Both the position numbers and the translations under genes were made by a program. DNA of 64,000 nucleotides from Laetmonice hystrix (taxonomy: Eukaryota). Below, piece by piece: positions 36,695-48,800 of this stretch (its first letter is position 1; each line of letters starts with the position of its first letter). The notes beneath the pieces are model-generated. The model saw only the letters and a list, made by a program, of their open reading frames with translations. It had not been told where the DNA came from and did no database searches. The stretch is taken from NCBI GenBank assembly GCA_965235115.1, contig OZ249445.1, positions 18,476,001-18,540,000 of the forward strand, read 5' to 3'.

Positions 36695-39600
36695 TGTTGT
36701 CACATAGAGACCGGTCTCGTTAACTTGATGTGATGGGTTGATTGTAAGCAGTACACGTGGGAACAGATCACTGGGTGATACAGATTGATAAACAGGTGCG
36801 TGGTCAAACTCTAGGCTGGACGACGTGCTGTTTTCACCACTCTATGTGTCATCATGTATGCCTGTTGGCGTGAATGCTGTTGTCTTGTCCTGTATATATA
36901 GAAGTTGTACGGTGTCTAGCCAAAGTTACAAGTACTACTTAAGGGACACTAATTTGGTCCGCATTTCAGGCGCCAAACGTTGGAAGCAGACGTGTAAGTA
37001 GGTGCCGTTTAGACGAACACACCTGGTAGGTGTAACCAACAGGTGTACCATAAACTGCAGTTTTTCAGGTAATATCCAGACAAAGTTGTGAGCCTGCAAG
37101 ACTGAGTTTACGCTTTTGGGTCTTCTGCAAGAAGAGTTACGTAGAGACATAAGCATTTACAGGAGTTAAGAAATACGAAGACCCGAAACTGATCATGAAA
37201 AACTTTACTCTGGTCATAGCAGATGTTCTGTGTTTTAGGTTGGAGCATTAACAACACATTATTTATCGGGCCCGCAAAAATAAATGTGATAAGCCAGAAA
37301 TTTGGATTAAACAACGTCTTCACTTGCAGGTCGATCATGGACTAGAGTTGTCGATGAATAACGTTATTTGTGTAGTCGAATTTAGTTGTCATTTTGACTG
37401 TTAACAGAAATCATTTACAGCTTGTTGATACGTATAGTACCAAAGGTAATATTGTCAGATTGCCTAATGTACAACTTAATTAATTCGGTAAGATGTTTCC
37501 TGTTTCGATGTTTATATTTATAATTTTAGTTCATTATATTCTATGGTAAATTTTGTGTGAGTGGTATATATTGTGTGAATGGGCAGATATTACCCTTAAA
37601 ATAGGTCCAGCCCACGACGTCTGTTTTACTGTAGAACGTTTGAATTTATTAGCTATATTCAGTCAGATGAGAGAGTGTTGTAAGGACGACAGGGGGTAAG
37701 TTAGTAATGGAAGAAGAATAGGGTAATTTAGTTACAGTGATGGCATCTTGCCTTTGATCGATACACAATGACAATCAGGTGAGTTTTGTAGCGTGGCAAT
37801 GGATGACGATTTCAGACAAAGAATCCCGTGTATTTATGTGCCGACTGGGTGGAAGTCATGAGTGAGCCACCCAAGATGATGGACTAGTCTCGCATGCCAT
37901 GTTAGTCTTCTTATTGGTCTGAAGGTTGGGGAGCTACCACAGTAGATATTGAGAAAACATACGATAGTCCATATATCTACCTAGTAATTCGGGTCAGAAT
38001 CTGAAGAATCCGTTCGCTGTGTTTGTTGTGGACTAGGCTGCCCTCTGATGAGATTACAAAGTGACCCAAAGGAAACCACCCACTAGATGTATCGACTAGA
38101 ACTTGAAATTTACTGGGCAAAAAGGGAGGGATAAAGGGGCTTCTCACACAGGGGATTAATTCTTAGCATTGATCATGCAATTATAAATTCAAGATAATAT
38201 TGATAATAGTACCGGTAATAATAATTGCCTTTTTATGCGCCAGAATTAGCTGTTTAATTAATGCCGAAATGCGTGCCTTGACTTCGCCGCACTTAAAACA
38301 ATGATGTGATATAGGGAATTAAGGTTGCCTAAAGGCTACTGCTCTTATGATACATACAGAAGGCCTTCTTGGAGGGCCGTGCTGTATTATGGGACCAGAA
38401 AGTTTTAAGCTCCTGGTGCTATGTCTTTCCCAGACACGCTATCTCATTTACTTATTGAATAGAGTTTGTAAGGATGACAAGTTGCGTGTGTGCATGCTGC
38501 TGTGTGGTTTTGTGTGCGTAAACAAGTGTGCGTCCGTACGATAAGAAAGAGTCATGTTTACAGAACAGGATATTAGGTTACTACTCTCTCGAAAGCAGTT
38601 CCTTTCATACTTCATATGTCGCATCCAGACCTCAGATATATTAGAAAGTGGAGGCCTGCAATATGCACGGTATTCGTGGATGTGTGCAATTGGAGGTCGC
38701 CATCAGCGCGCTTTACGGTATTGGTAGTTGTAGTTTTAGTTATATATACTTACAGCGAAGGAATCGTTGAATCTGGTGCTGTCCGGTTTCCACACAAGCA
38801 TTATGATATTTGGTGACGACATTAAAAACCTGTACACTTCCCTCTTGTTATGGCGTGTATGTAGACTTCAGCGGCTTTATTTACACAATAATGTATATTT
38901 GAATATAAAAAAACTATACTTATTCAAGTAATTTAAGGTGGGCCCAAGGTCTCCAAATGTCGGAATATGACTGGGATGTTTGACAATGGTTTTGTGAAAC
39001 ATTCCATGCAGAAAAAGTAAGATTTTGTATGTTCAACAGAACCGTGAACAGTCCTCGGTTGAATAAAGTGGTCCCAGTGCTTCCATGCAAACCGCAGTTA
39101 AGTTGTTCTTCACAGGGGAATGATCTCAAGTTATGTATGGTCTTAGATGGTATAGTTGAGAACTACCATTTTACATTTTAAATACCTCTGAATTCACACA
39201 TTGGCTTTCCTGTGCCGAAGATAGACATCAGAATTGATCTGTTTCGAATCTAGTAGCAGAAATGTTCTTTATCTTCAGTTAAGTCTTTCAGTCTCGTCGC
39301 AAAATGGTATAACATTTACTTGGCGCTTTCGTTGTTTACACATTGATGGCTAGAGATTTTGTTATTTTCAGTAACATGTAATGGTTAGGGTAAAACTGTT
39401 TTTTTAACATTCAGTATTGATCGAGGTGTCAATGCCGGGGTGCGGTGGCGGCAGCCCCAAAGTTTTTTAAAGACAAAAGGGAAAAGTTTTTAGAGAAAAG
39501 TTACTTCAAGCGAACGAGTTGCTATTACAATGATCAAAGTAACAGTTTGTGTAACAATTTAACAGTTGCACAAACTTACAATTCCTTGTATTTCGGGGAC

Positions 39601-40894
39601 ATTTCCAGTAGGGGGCGCTATGATATAAGATATGCATTATAGAGATCGTGGTGAAAGATGGGGTAAATCTTGGAAGGTAATTCACTCTAGGACAATAAAT
39701 GGGTTTTACATCAAATGAGTTTTACATTGGGTCCTGTATTCATCATTCTAGCGTGAAGAGTCGTACAGTGGATCTATTGAATACATGCGTCATGGGGGAA
39801 TAGTGCCAGAGGTTGGAAAGATGACAGATGCCAAACTGTGGAACGATCTGGACAGGGGGTGCTGGGGTTTATGGGATTAACAGTTGTAGTGTAAATGCAC
39901 TGGTGACAGCATGCGGATTACATACTTCAACCTGTGACGACATTAAGAGGGTATACAGGGGGAACATGGGCTTAACGGATATCACGAACCCCGACCACGT
40001 CATTGCTGAAATCCCACTTGAATTATTCCAATAATTCCTTAAATAAAGGCGAAGACGGCATAAGACCGATGAACGTTTTGTTTGGTGTAGGTTTTGCAAT
40101 GGGATGCCGTTGCTGTGGGAACAGAGGGTGTGATAAACTGCGTTTCGCCGACTTGTACCCACATGACTCGCCCACATGGCGACATACGTGAGTCACATAA
40201 GATGGTGGAGGGCTTAATGTCGGTCTTTGGTTCGGGGACTGGAACGTTGTACAACTCCCAGCTTGACCAGACATTGGTAGGTACAATGAAAGGCAATTTC
40301 TTATCACCAGTAACTTTAAAAGGAACTATTCTTACGGATTTTACGGTATAGAGAGAAGTCGATAAATATTATGCCGCAAGTAACAAGGCGCGCTGGTGAC
40401 TATAATTTTTACCCTGATTATTTGCCTCATATACCGGCAGTACACGTTGAGTGTTTCTTCACGTGTTTTCTTCACGTGAATGGAATTAGATTCGTACTTC
40501 AGATTGGCTCTTGAAGTTAAGTTTTCCAGTGAAGTGGTGGTAACTGAGGGGTGTTTCAGTGTCCTATAGTCATCATACATGACCTACGCACGTTGCCAGT
40601 ATGTTATGATAACACTACTAGAATTTCAAACAACTTTTTCCAGAAACTACCGCAACATGGTATGAATAAGCAATGAGCGATGACCCGTTCCCTAAACGGA
40701 TAAAAACAAAACGGTCGTCTTGTAAATACTGAATTGTTTGAACACTTTGCCAGGAACAGACGGTGTGGTAGACTTGGCCTATAGTTAGGCGGGTGACACC
40801 CCCATGTTCCGTGTTTGATAGAGGCCCGACCACAGACGTATTGCCCTGACAGGGAGACAGAACCGATTGCCACCGAGGACCGACTCTGGTCGCT

Positions 40895-42623
40895 ATGGCC
40901 GGAGCGGTCAGTGATGGCGCTATCCTGACTACAGTGGCCCTGCCCTGGAGGGACACGTCTGCTAACATACAGGAGGACGGATATCTCAATGGCACCACCT
41001 CCACGGTGACGCTGGCTGGATGGGAGACGTTTTACTTCTGGACAGCGCCCGTCGCTATCCTTGCTGGACTCATAGGTAACATACTCCAAGGGGGATGCTG
41101 ATTTGCTCCTATATAAACATATACTTCATGAGTAGGGTTTTGATATGAGCGTCGATAACAGTTTAGAACTCTGCAAACTTAGCTTTGACAAGATATTATC
41201 TTTTGGAACACACATCGACAAAGTGTATAACGTTTAGAATTTTGACTCTAGTACACCGATCGTATGAATCAGGGTGTTCCGAGGCAAACATATTTGATCT
41301 TTTTTCCTCACTGTTCTCCTTTCTCAGTCCACATCTCGAATATGCTGGTCGCGCTTATTATATAGGGTTCAGTTGAAATGTGGAATAGAACTGTAGGGTA
41401 CATGTTAGCTCGTCTAAGACTATACTTGTACTTGGACATAGAATGGGGCATAGAAAACCATTCTTTGCCTAATTAGAACATGCTTGACCTAATACATTGC
41501 CCTAATAAGGATTATAGTCGGTCTACTCTAGCGAATCAGTTGACATTGTAATTATAAAAGTGTGTACGTGTATACCTAATCCAAGATGATAATATTATTG
41601 TATCCATGAACGCCGTGAATATAATGGATTATTTTTATTCCAGGCAATACGCTATGTATGGCGTTGTTATGTCGCCGTCGCCTACCGTTGTCCGTTGCCA
41701 GTCGGATTTATCTGATCACCTTTCTGGTGGCCGATCACCTCTACCTGGCCCTCGGCGCCGTCACGTGGCTTTCTGACGGCGTCGGCGGTCACCTGGGGCA
41801 CCCCCAGTTCCTGACCCAACTCCAGGTGGCGCTGCGCTCTGACGTAGGTTGTCGCGTGACGTCATACGTCATGTTTACGTCTCGGTTGGTGTTGGAGTGG
41901 ATGTTGGTATCACTGACGGCCGACGCGTACCTGGTCGTGTCGCGACCATTCAGACGCAAGGACCACACGACCAGGAACGCTGTCGTCGTTGTGGCTGTAT
42001 TCACAGCTGTCGGGCTGGCCGTGGGAGTGGCGGTGTTTGTGGGACGTCAGGCCGGGGTGGACGGGGACGGTCACCCCGCATGTGTGGACAACGACCTCGG
42101 GGTCGTGCTGACCATGGCTAGCGTCATGTTGGTGGGAATGTTCCCACCAATCTTCCTCCCCGTGTTAGGGGTCTGCCTTGCCGCCATGCTCGCCGAGTAC
42201 GAGCGATTTATGCGAACCCGTAAACCAAGGAAAATCCCCAAACCGCCGCTGCGATGTCGTGTGGTATTACCTTTAATATTGTCCGTCGTGTTCTCAGTAA
42301 CTATATCGCCGTATTTGGCGTGGACCATAGCGTATTTACTGTCCCGGGCATGGGGCACAGAGGGAGGGTTTACGTTGGCTCTGACATTCCTGGAGGAGCT
42401 CTCCCATATTGTACTGTTGATTACGTCGGCACTTTTCACGTTATGTGTTTGTCTTGCTGGGCAAGTCTTCCGTGCAGAACTTTGTGCTATGCTGTGTTGT
42501 AAGAAGGGAACTGTTAATGAGCGCAGTTCGAATCGTCCAACCTTACATTTAACAAATATCGCTAGTGGAAGACCAGTGACGATCTCTAGTGGAAGATTTG
42601 TGGAGTCGATGACTCAGTTGTAA
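40895..42623 (+). CDS. Rhodopsin-like (class A) orphan GPCR, peptide-receptor-like, 2 coding exons (40895-41075, 41644-42623), 386 aa
   Basis: Exon 1 has an NGT sequon and the start of TM1; phase-1 intron GTAACA...TTCCAG restores LIGN. Seven hydrophobic segments, TM2 FLVAD, TM3 C...W..VSLTADAY..V.RP, helix-8 FRAEL. AATAAA at 42631. Confidence 0.9.
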
Positions 42624-43138
42624 TCAGTGTAATAAACTGGACAGTAAATGCATGAGGATTAGAGATTAAAGAGACATTATTAGCACAATCACATTAAAAA
42701 ATCGTTTTCTTTGTTTTGGGTGTTGAAGATAGTGTGCCGGCTGTTGCTTAGTGGAGATTTGTAGTTTTCTGTCGCAGGCCTAAATTCCATGGGTATTATG
42801 GTGTAAGAATGCAGATCGAGTATACTTACCAGTAGCACCGAGTGGGTTGGGACCCAAGCAGGGTCCCTGATATAGCAGGTCTCCATATCTCTTTATTTGA
42901 TAAGATCGTGTTGTCCTGAGGACGGGGTCCTTCACAATTAGTATCAATATTACCCAGGAGCCTGTGCTCCACAACTCGGACTTTGTATTAGTTTTTCTCC
43001 CAGTGACATAATATAGCAAAAGAAAGGCACAACCTGGTCAACCTGCATATATTTAAAACAAACTCCAAACACTGGTGTTGCCCCATCATTTAGGGAGGAG
43101 AAAAAATAGGAAAAAATACGGACAGAAACAGAAAAACA

Positions 43139-43211
43139 GATCGCGTGGCCTAATGGATAAGGCGCCTGACTTCTAATCAGGAGATTGTGGGTTCGAGTCC
43201 CACCGTGATCG
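43139..43211 (+). tRNA. tRNA-Arg(TCT): tRNA-Arg(TCT), intronless, copy 1
   Basis: 73-nt cloverleaf: acceptor GATCGCG/CGTGATC, anticodon arm CCTGA-CTTCTAA-TCAGG, T loop GGTTCGAGTCCC; Pol III T7 terminator at 43222-43228. Confidence 0.96.
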
Positions 43212-43639
43212 GTTGAGTAGGTTTTTTTAGTATGATGATAGAGGTAATATCATAACAGGTCATTGATCGGACGAGATTGTGGGACCACCACGGCTCTTCA
43301 ATAGATCCACACGGTAAAGGAATATTGTTATTGATTAATATATGTGCTTTAGGTGAAGTCCATGTTGAATGGCAAGGCATAGCATGAAGCATAGCCCAAG
43401 GTTGATTGCTTTCTGGCAGTCCATCTTCCACTGATATTTGTTGAAATAACCGTGGTGTATACGACATAGTGGGACCGTTACCTTGCAGTGAGTGAGGGTC
43501 CATTCATTAGTGAAATACTGAAAGGGGAGGCACCTTTAGTCACATTAACCAAATGTGTTAAAACTATTTCTGACTACTCTATTTCTTTATGTTTAGGCTG
43601 ATTACATTCAAAATTCCTGATTTTACTAAAATCATGCGT

Positions 43640-43712
43640 GATCGCGTGGCCTAATGGATAAGGCGCCTGACTTCTAATCAGGAGATTGTGGGTTCGAGTC
43701 CCACCGTGATCG
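43640..43712 (+). tRNA. tRNA-Arg(TCT): tRNA-Arg(TCT), intronless, copy 2 (identical)
   Basis: Same 73-nt sequence, 501 bp downstream; T6 terminator at 43723-43728. Confidence 0.96.
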
Positions 43713-44650
43713 AAGAGTTACCTTTTTTAATACATAAGAGCAATTCATTCTGCTAGCGTTGATTAGCTCTTGCACACTCTGCATAAGCCATTGATCACAT
43801 AGGGTCGAGTGTGGGTCAATCTTAAAAATTACCCTTGCGTTTCATACTCCATCTATAGGAGGAGAAACATCAAGCATGTAAGACACGTGGGTCCAGGGGT
43901 CAGGACTTTGTGGATCAGATTCCTGACATGATATCTGTTGGACCCCAAGTTTTAATTTTTCACGTTGGTGATGTATCATATAGAGTGCTTACATTCATTG
44001 CTGACATTTTATTTTGGCGGAATTCGTTTTCTGATTTTTGTTGTTGAGTCGGTAGAGTTTGTGAGTCGGTACAGGTAATAAAATGACTAAACTACTGGTC
44101 CCGTGTCATTGCCACCTCAGTCATCTGATATCATGTCCGTGGAAGCATCCATCAGGATTTTATAAGAAACCCGAAGACTCTTAATTGTTCGTTTCTTCAG
44201 GATATACACCTTTCTCACGCGAATAGCGAATCAAGTAACCAAACTATAGCAAGTATGGCGTCTGATTGGCTTATTACTAAATAGTTCTGGACTTATGGCG
44301 CCAGGCTGCCGAGAAAGGTTGAAGAGAGCTTATATAAGATGTAGGTACCTATAAATATAGATGATTAACTAGAGGAATGGGTGGGTATTTGGGGTTTTAC
44401 GCCTTGCAACAGCCAGGGTCATATCAGGGCGGTGAAGATGATGATGAAAGTCAGTTTTTCTTGGTCCTTGGGATGGTTTCATTAGTCAAATGACGATTTC
44501 TTTTGTGTTTAGAGGCTAGGGTCGAGGCTTGTCATATCTCTACCAATAAAAGCAGTATTTAGATTATGTTAATTAGTCCATAAAGACGGGTGATTATATC
44601 AGTCAGAGATGACCGGCGGTGATTGGGTGTCAAAGGACAGCTGTAGAGTC

Positions 44651-45745
44651 TTCAGGGTTATACGGGGGCGGGCCTGCCGTAGTAGACCGTGTTCAGGGCG
44701 GAGTATGCGGGCCTGCCACAGTAGACCGTGTTCAGGGTGGAGCGTGCTGGCCTGCCACAGTGGGCCGTGTTCAGGGTGGAGCGGGCAGGCCTGCCGTGGT
44801 GGACCGTGTTCAGGGTGGAGCGGGCAGGCCTGCCACAGTGGGCCGTGTTCAGGGTTATACGGGGGCGGGCCTGCCGTAGTAGACCGTGTTCAGGGCGGAG
44901 TATGCGGGCCTGCCACAGTAGACCGTGTTCAGGGTGGAGCGGGGGCTGGCCTGCCACAGTAGACCGTGTTCAGGGTGGAGCGGGGGTGGGCCTGCCGCAG
45001 TGGACCGTGTTCAGGGTGGAGTAGGCAGGCCTGCCACAGTGGGCCGTGTTCAGGGTGGAGTGGGCAGGCCTGCCGTGGTGGACCGTGTTCAGGGTGGAGT
45101 AGGCAGGCCTGCCACAGTGGGCCGTGTTCAGGGTGGAGTGGGCAGGCCTGCCACAGTGGGCCGTGTTCAGGGTGGAGCGGGGGCGGGCCTGCCGCAGTGG
45201 ACCGTGTTCAGGGTGGAGTGGGCGCGGGCCTGCCGTGTTGGGCCGTGTTCAGGGTGGAGCGGGCAGGCCTGCCGTGGTGGACCGTGTTCAGGGTGGAGCG
45301 GGGGCGGGCCTGCCGCAGTGGACCGTGTTCAGGGTGGAGCGGGCAGGCCTGCCACAGTGGGCCGTGTTCAGGGTGGAGTGGGCGCGGGCCTGCCGTGTTG
45401 GGCCGTGTTCAGGGTGGAGCGGGCAGGCCTGCCACAGTGGGCCGTGTTCAGGGTGGAGCGGGGGCGGGCCTGCCGCAGTGGACCGTGTTCAGGGTGGAGT
45501 GGGCGCGGGCCTGCCGTGTTGGGCCGTGTTCAGGGTGGAGCGGGCAGGCCTGCCGCAGTGGACCGTGTTCAGGGTGGAGTGGGCGCGGGCCTGCCGTGGT
45601 GGGCCGTGTTCAGGGTGGAGCAGGTGGGCCTGCCATAGTGGGCCGTGTTCAGGGTGGAGCAGGTGGGCCTGCCATAGTGGGCCGTGTTCAGGGTGGAGCA
45701 GGTGGGCCTGCCATAGTGGGCCGTGTTCAGGGTGCAGTGGACAGA
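44651..45745. repeat. GC-rich minisatellite, 39/41-bp unit (CCGTGTTCAGGGTGGAGCGGGCAGGCCTGCCACAGTGGG), about 27 copies
   Basis: Read directly; explains the long repetitive ORFs at 44609-45921. Confidence 0.95.
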
Positions 45746-45879
45746 CCCGCCTCCTGTATGGCGCTGACCGGGCACACCGAGTTGGAACTACCCTGAACTC
45801 CCGCCTCCTGACGCCCGGAGAAGGTGCCGTTAGCGCCGAACATGATTCGCCCAATCTGGCCCGACAGCACCAGCTGGAT
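45727..45879 (-). CDS. GABA-B-like exon 16 (IQLVLSG...GLSTAP*), 50-aa tail
   Basis: TTTTCAG| acceptor; open to TGA at 45729-45727. Confidence 0.7.
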   Translation of the reverse strand: MQLVLSGQIGRIMFGANGTFSGRQEAGVQGSSNSVCPVSAIQEAGLSTAP

Positions 45880-48800
45880 CTGAAAATCATCACATCAGAA
45901 GGTTATATTCCCCCAGAGTAGCAGTCCACATAAAATGGGGCTAGGGGTTAGGGGTAGGGCTGGTGAGGTTTGGGGACTGGGACTAGGGTGAAGATTAGGT
46001 TTTAGGTTATGAATATTGGTAGTTTTTTAATTTCTTACCCCCAAATTTCGTGACGATGTTAACCTGGGGTCAGAAACTGCTTTATGATTAATAAAGGCCA
46101 TCAAAAACACGTTCTCTCAGACCATGTTGTCAGCTGAGTGAAGTTTGATATATCCCGACCTCATCTTGTGACATGAGTGCACACCTAAACGGTACACATT
46201 GACGTCAAGTGACGATGAGGTTCACGTTTAATTGACATCAAGATGTGAACAGGTGGGCTAGGGGCGGACGTATAGCATTTCCGATTCCAATTCTAATATA
46301 GAATAGGTGGTCCAGGAAACAGCTCTTCCCGTAGTTTTTCTAAAGCAGAAAACTGACTTGCCTTAGGAACGAATACGAGACAGAGTGTGGAGGTCGTACA
46401 GAAGATGAGTAGCATGGCCACCACAGAGAATCGCAGGGTGAGTTGGTTGTAGGATAGTGAATGCACTATAGGTATCCCAGACAGGCACACCACCACGATA
46501 TTGTAGATGGCAAACCCGATGTACTTGGAGTCGTTAAGCGCAGGAATAGTCACCTGGCAGAATCAGTGAGACACTCTCATTCAAAGCGAACCACCCAGAC
46601 TTATATGGAAACAAATCCCAGGTTTCAAGATTTACCAAATCTGCCTTTGATAATCTTTACGATGAATATTGTTATATTAGAGAGCGTTGCTCAGAGACAC
46701 TGAATTTGCATGAAAGTAAAAGGGCTCTCGGCAAACTAATTTTACAAACTGACCATTTCAAAACGTGAACAATCTGGGATGGCCCACCTCGCCTTTATTG
46801 AGTTCACGGGGTACCGGGAAGGCAGTCTGTAGCATTGTTTTCCAAACTCATCCTTTTTCATGGAACGGACTTTATTCAGTTAGTCTTATCCCAAATCAGA
46901 TAGCATTCTCTAAGTCTCCGTGGAGGGACAATGTCCTAGTGAGACTTGAGGCGGGAGTATACGTGTGCTGGGGGGACTACCATGTTGTTTTGATTGGGTA
47001 GGACTTACCTTTCGAGTTAGTGAGACTTGAGGCGGGAGTATACGTGTGCTGGGGGGACTACCATGTTGTTTTGATTGGGTACGACTTACCTTTCGAGTTA
47101 GTGAGACTTGAGGCGGGAGTATACGTGTGCTGGGGGACTACCATGTTGTTTTGATTGGGTACGACTTACCTTTCGAGTTAGTGAGACTTGAGGCGGGAGT
47201 ATACGTGTGCTGGGGGGACTACCATGTTGTTTTGATTGGGTACGACTTACCTTTCGAGTTAGTGAGACTTGAGGCGGGAGTATACGTGTGCTGGGGGGAC
47301 TACCATGTTGTTTTGATTGGGTACGACTTACCTTTCGAGTTAGTGAGACTTGAGGCGGGAGTATACGTGTGCTGGGGGGACTACCATGTTGTTTTGATTG
47401 GGTACGACTTACCTTTCGAGTTTCCCAGGCCAGGAAGACCCCAAACACGAGAAGCAATCCTTTGTAGACGTAGATGGTACCGATCCAGTAGAGTGAATAT
47501 TCATTGTTACATTCACGGTGTACGGATACCAATATGTACTCGTCATCTCTGAATGTCTGTAAAAATAGTGATATTTTTATGTCATATGTCATATGTCATA
47601 AAAGGAAAAGGCCGATAGAGACAGAGTAGAAGGTCCGTTATAATTGGTCGGTGGTGAAGGGGAGAAACTCTGGTTTACCTCATTAAGTTCCTTTATAGCC
47701 AGTGGATGGAATGAAGTCCACAGCGTGAGGAGAATGACATCAACAAGGACCAGGAGTAAGACGATACGAAACAGTTCCAAGTCCTTCACCGACTGAAAAC
47801 ACACTCGGGGGTAAACTTTAGATCAGAGCTTTTGTCAAACACCTCGAGAATAGGCTGTATGTTTACTTGTAGTCTGGTATAGTCGAGTTTATGTATGTCA
47901 TGTGAACCTTCTTAATGTCGTTTATGTACGTCATGTGAACCTTCTTAATGTCGTTTATGTACGTCATGTGAACCTTCTTAATGTCGTTTATGTACGTCAT
48001 GTGAACCTTCTTAATGTCGTTTATGTACGTCATTTGAACCTTCTTAATGTCGTTTATGTACGTCATGTGAACCTTCTTAATGTCGTTTATGTACGTCATG
48101 TGAACCTTCTTAATGTCGTTTATGTACGTCATGTGAACCTTCTTAATGTCGTTTATGTACGTCATGTGAACCTTCTTAATGTCGTTTATGTACGTCATGT
48201 GAACCTTCTTAATGTCGTTTATGTACGTCACGTGAACCTTCTTAATGTCGTTTATGTACGTCATGTGAACCTTCTTGATGTCGTTTATGTACGTCACGTG
48301 AACCTTCTTGATGTCGTTTATGTACGTCATGTGAACCTTCTTAATGTCGTTTATGTACGTCATGTGAACCTTCTTAATGTCGTTTATCTACGTCATGTGA
48401 ACCTTCTTAATGTCGTTTATGTACGTCATGTGAACCTTCTTAATGTCGTTTATGTACGTCATGTGAACCTTCTTAATGTCGTTTCATAATACACATAGAA
48501 AACAATTGGTGCGTGAAGTGGTATCCATGTTTAATGATACAAAAATAACTTTTTCGGGGAATCAAGCTTAAAGGGATATGTGTACCTTTTTCTTGATAGT
48601 TTGGCTCCTGAAGAGAACATACACACGCCAGGTTTTGGAGAAGATAGCTCCGAATCCAATGGTAAACCCAAGAGAAGTCAACCAAATCTTGAGCTGAGGA
48701 GGCAAGGAATTACCACTGATGATCAATTCAACGAAGTACTATACAGGCAGGGTTTCCGCCAGAAAATAATTAATGGGGGGGACGGGGGGCCCTCCCCCAG

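Noticed and set aside
43177-43503. 108-aa - strand ORF
   Set aside because: Overlaps the tRNA gene antisense and has no recognisable domain.
44609-45921. Long ORFs of 237-276 aa on the + strand
   Set aside because: They are translations of the 39/41-bp minisatellite, open in several frames with repeated peptides; not genes.
47863-48489. ORFs of 166 and 195 aa ([11 protein letters not shown] and [11 protein letters not shown] repeats)
   Set aside because: Artefacts of a stop-free 33-bp tandem repeat in an intron.
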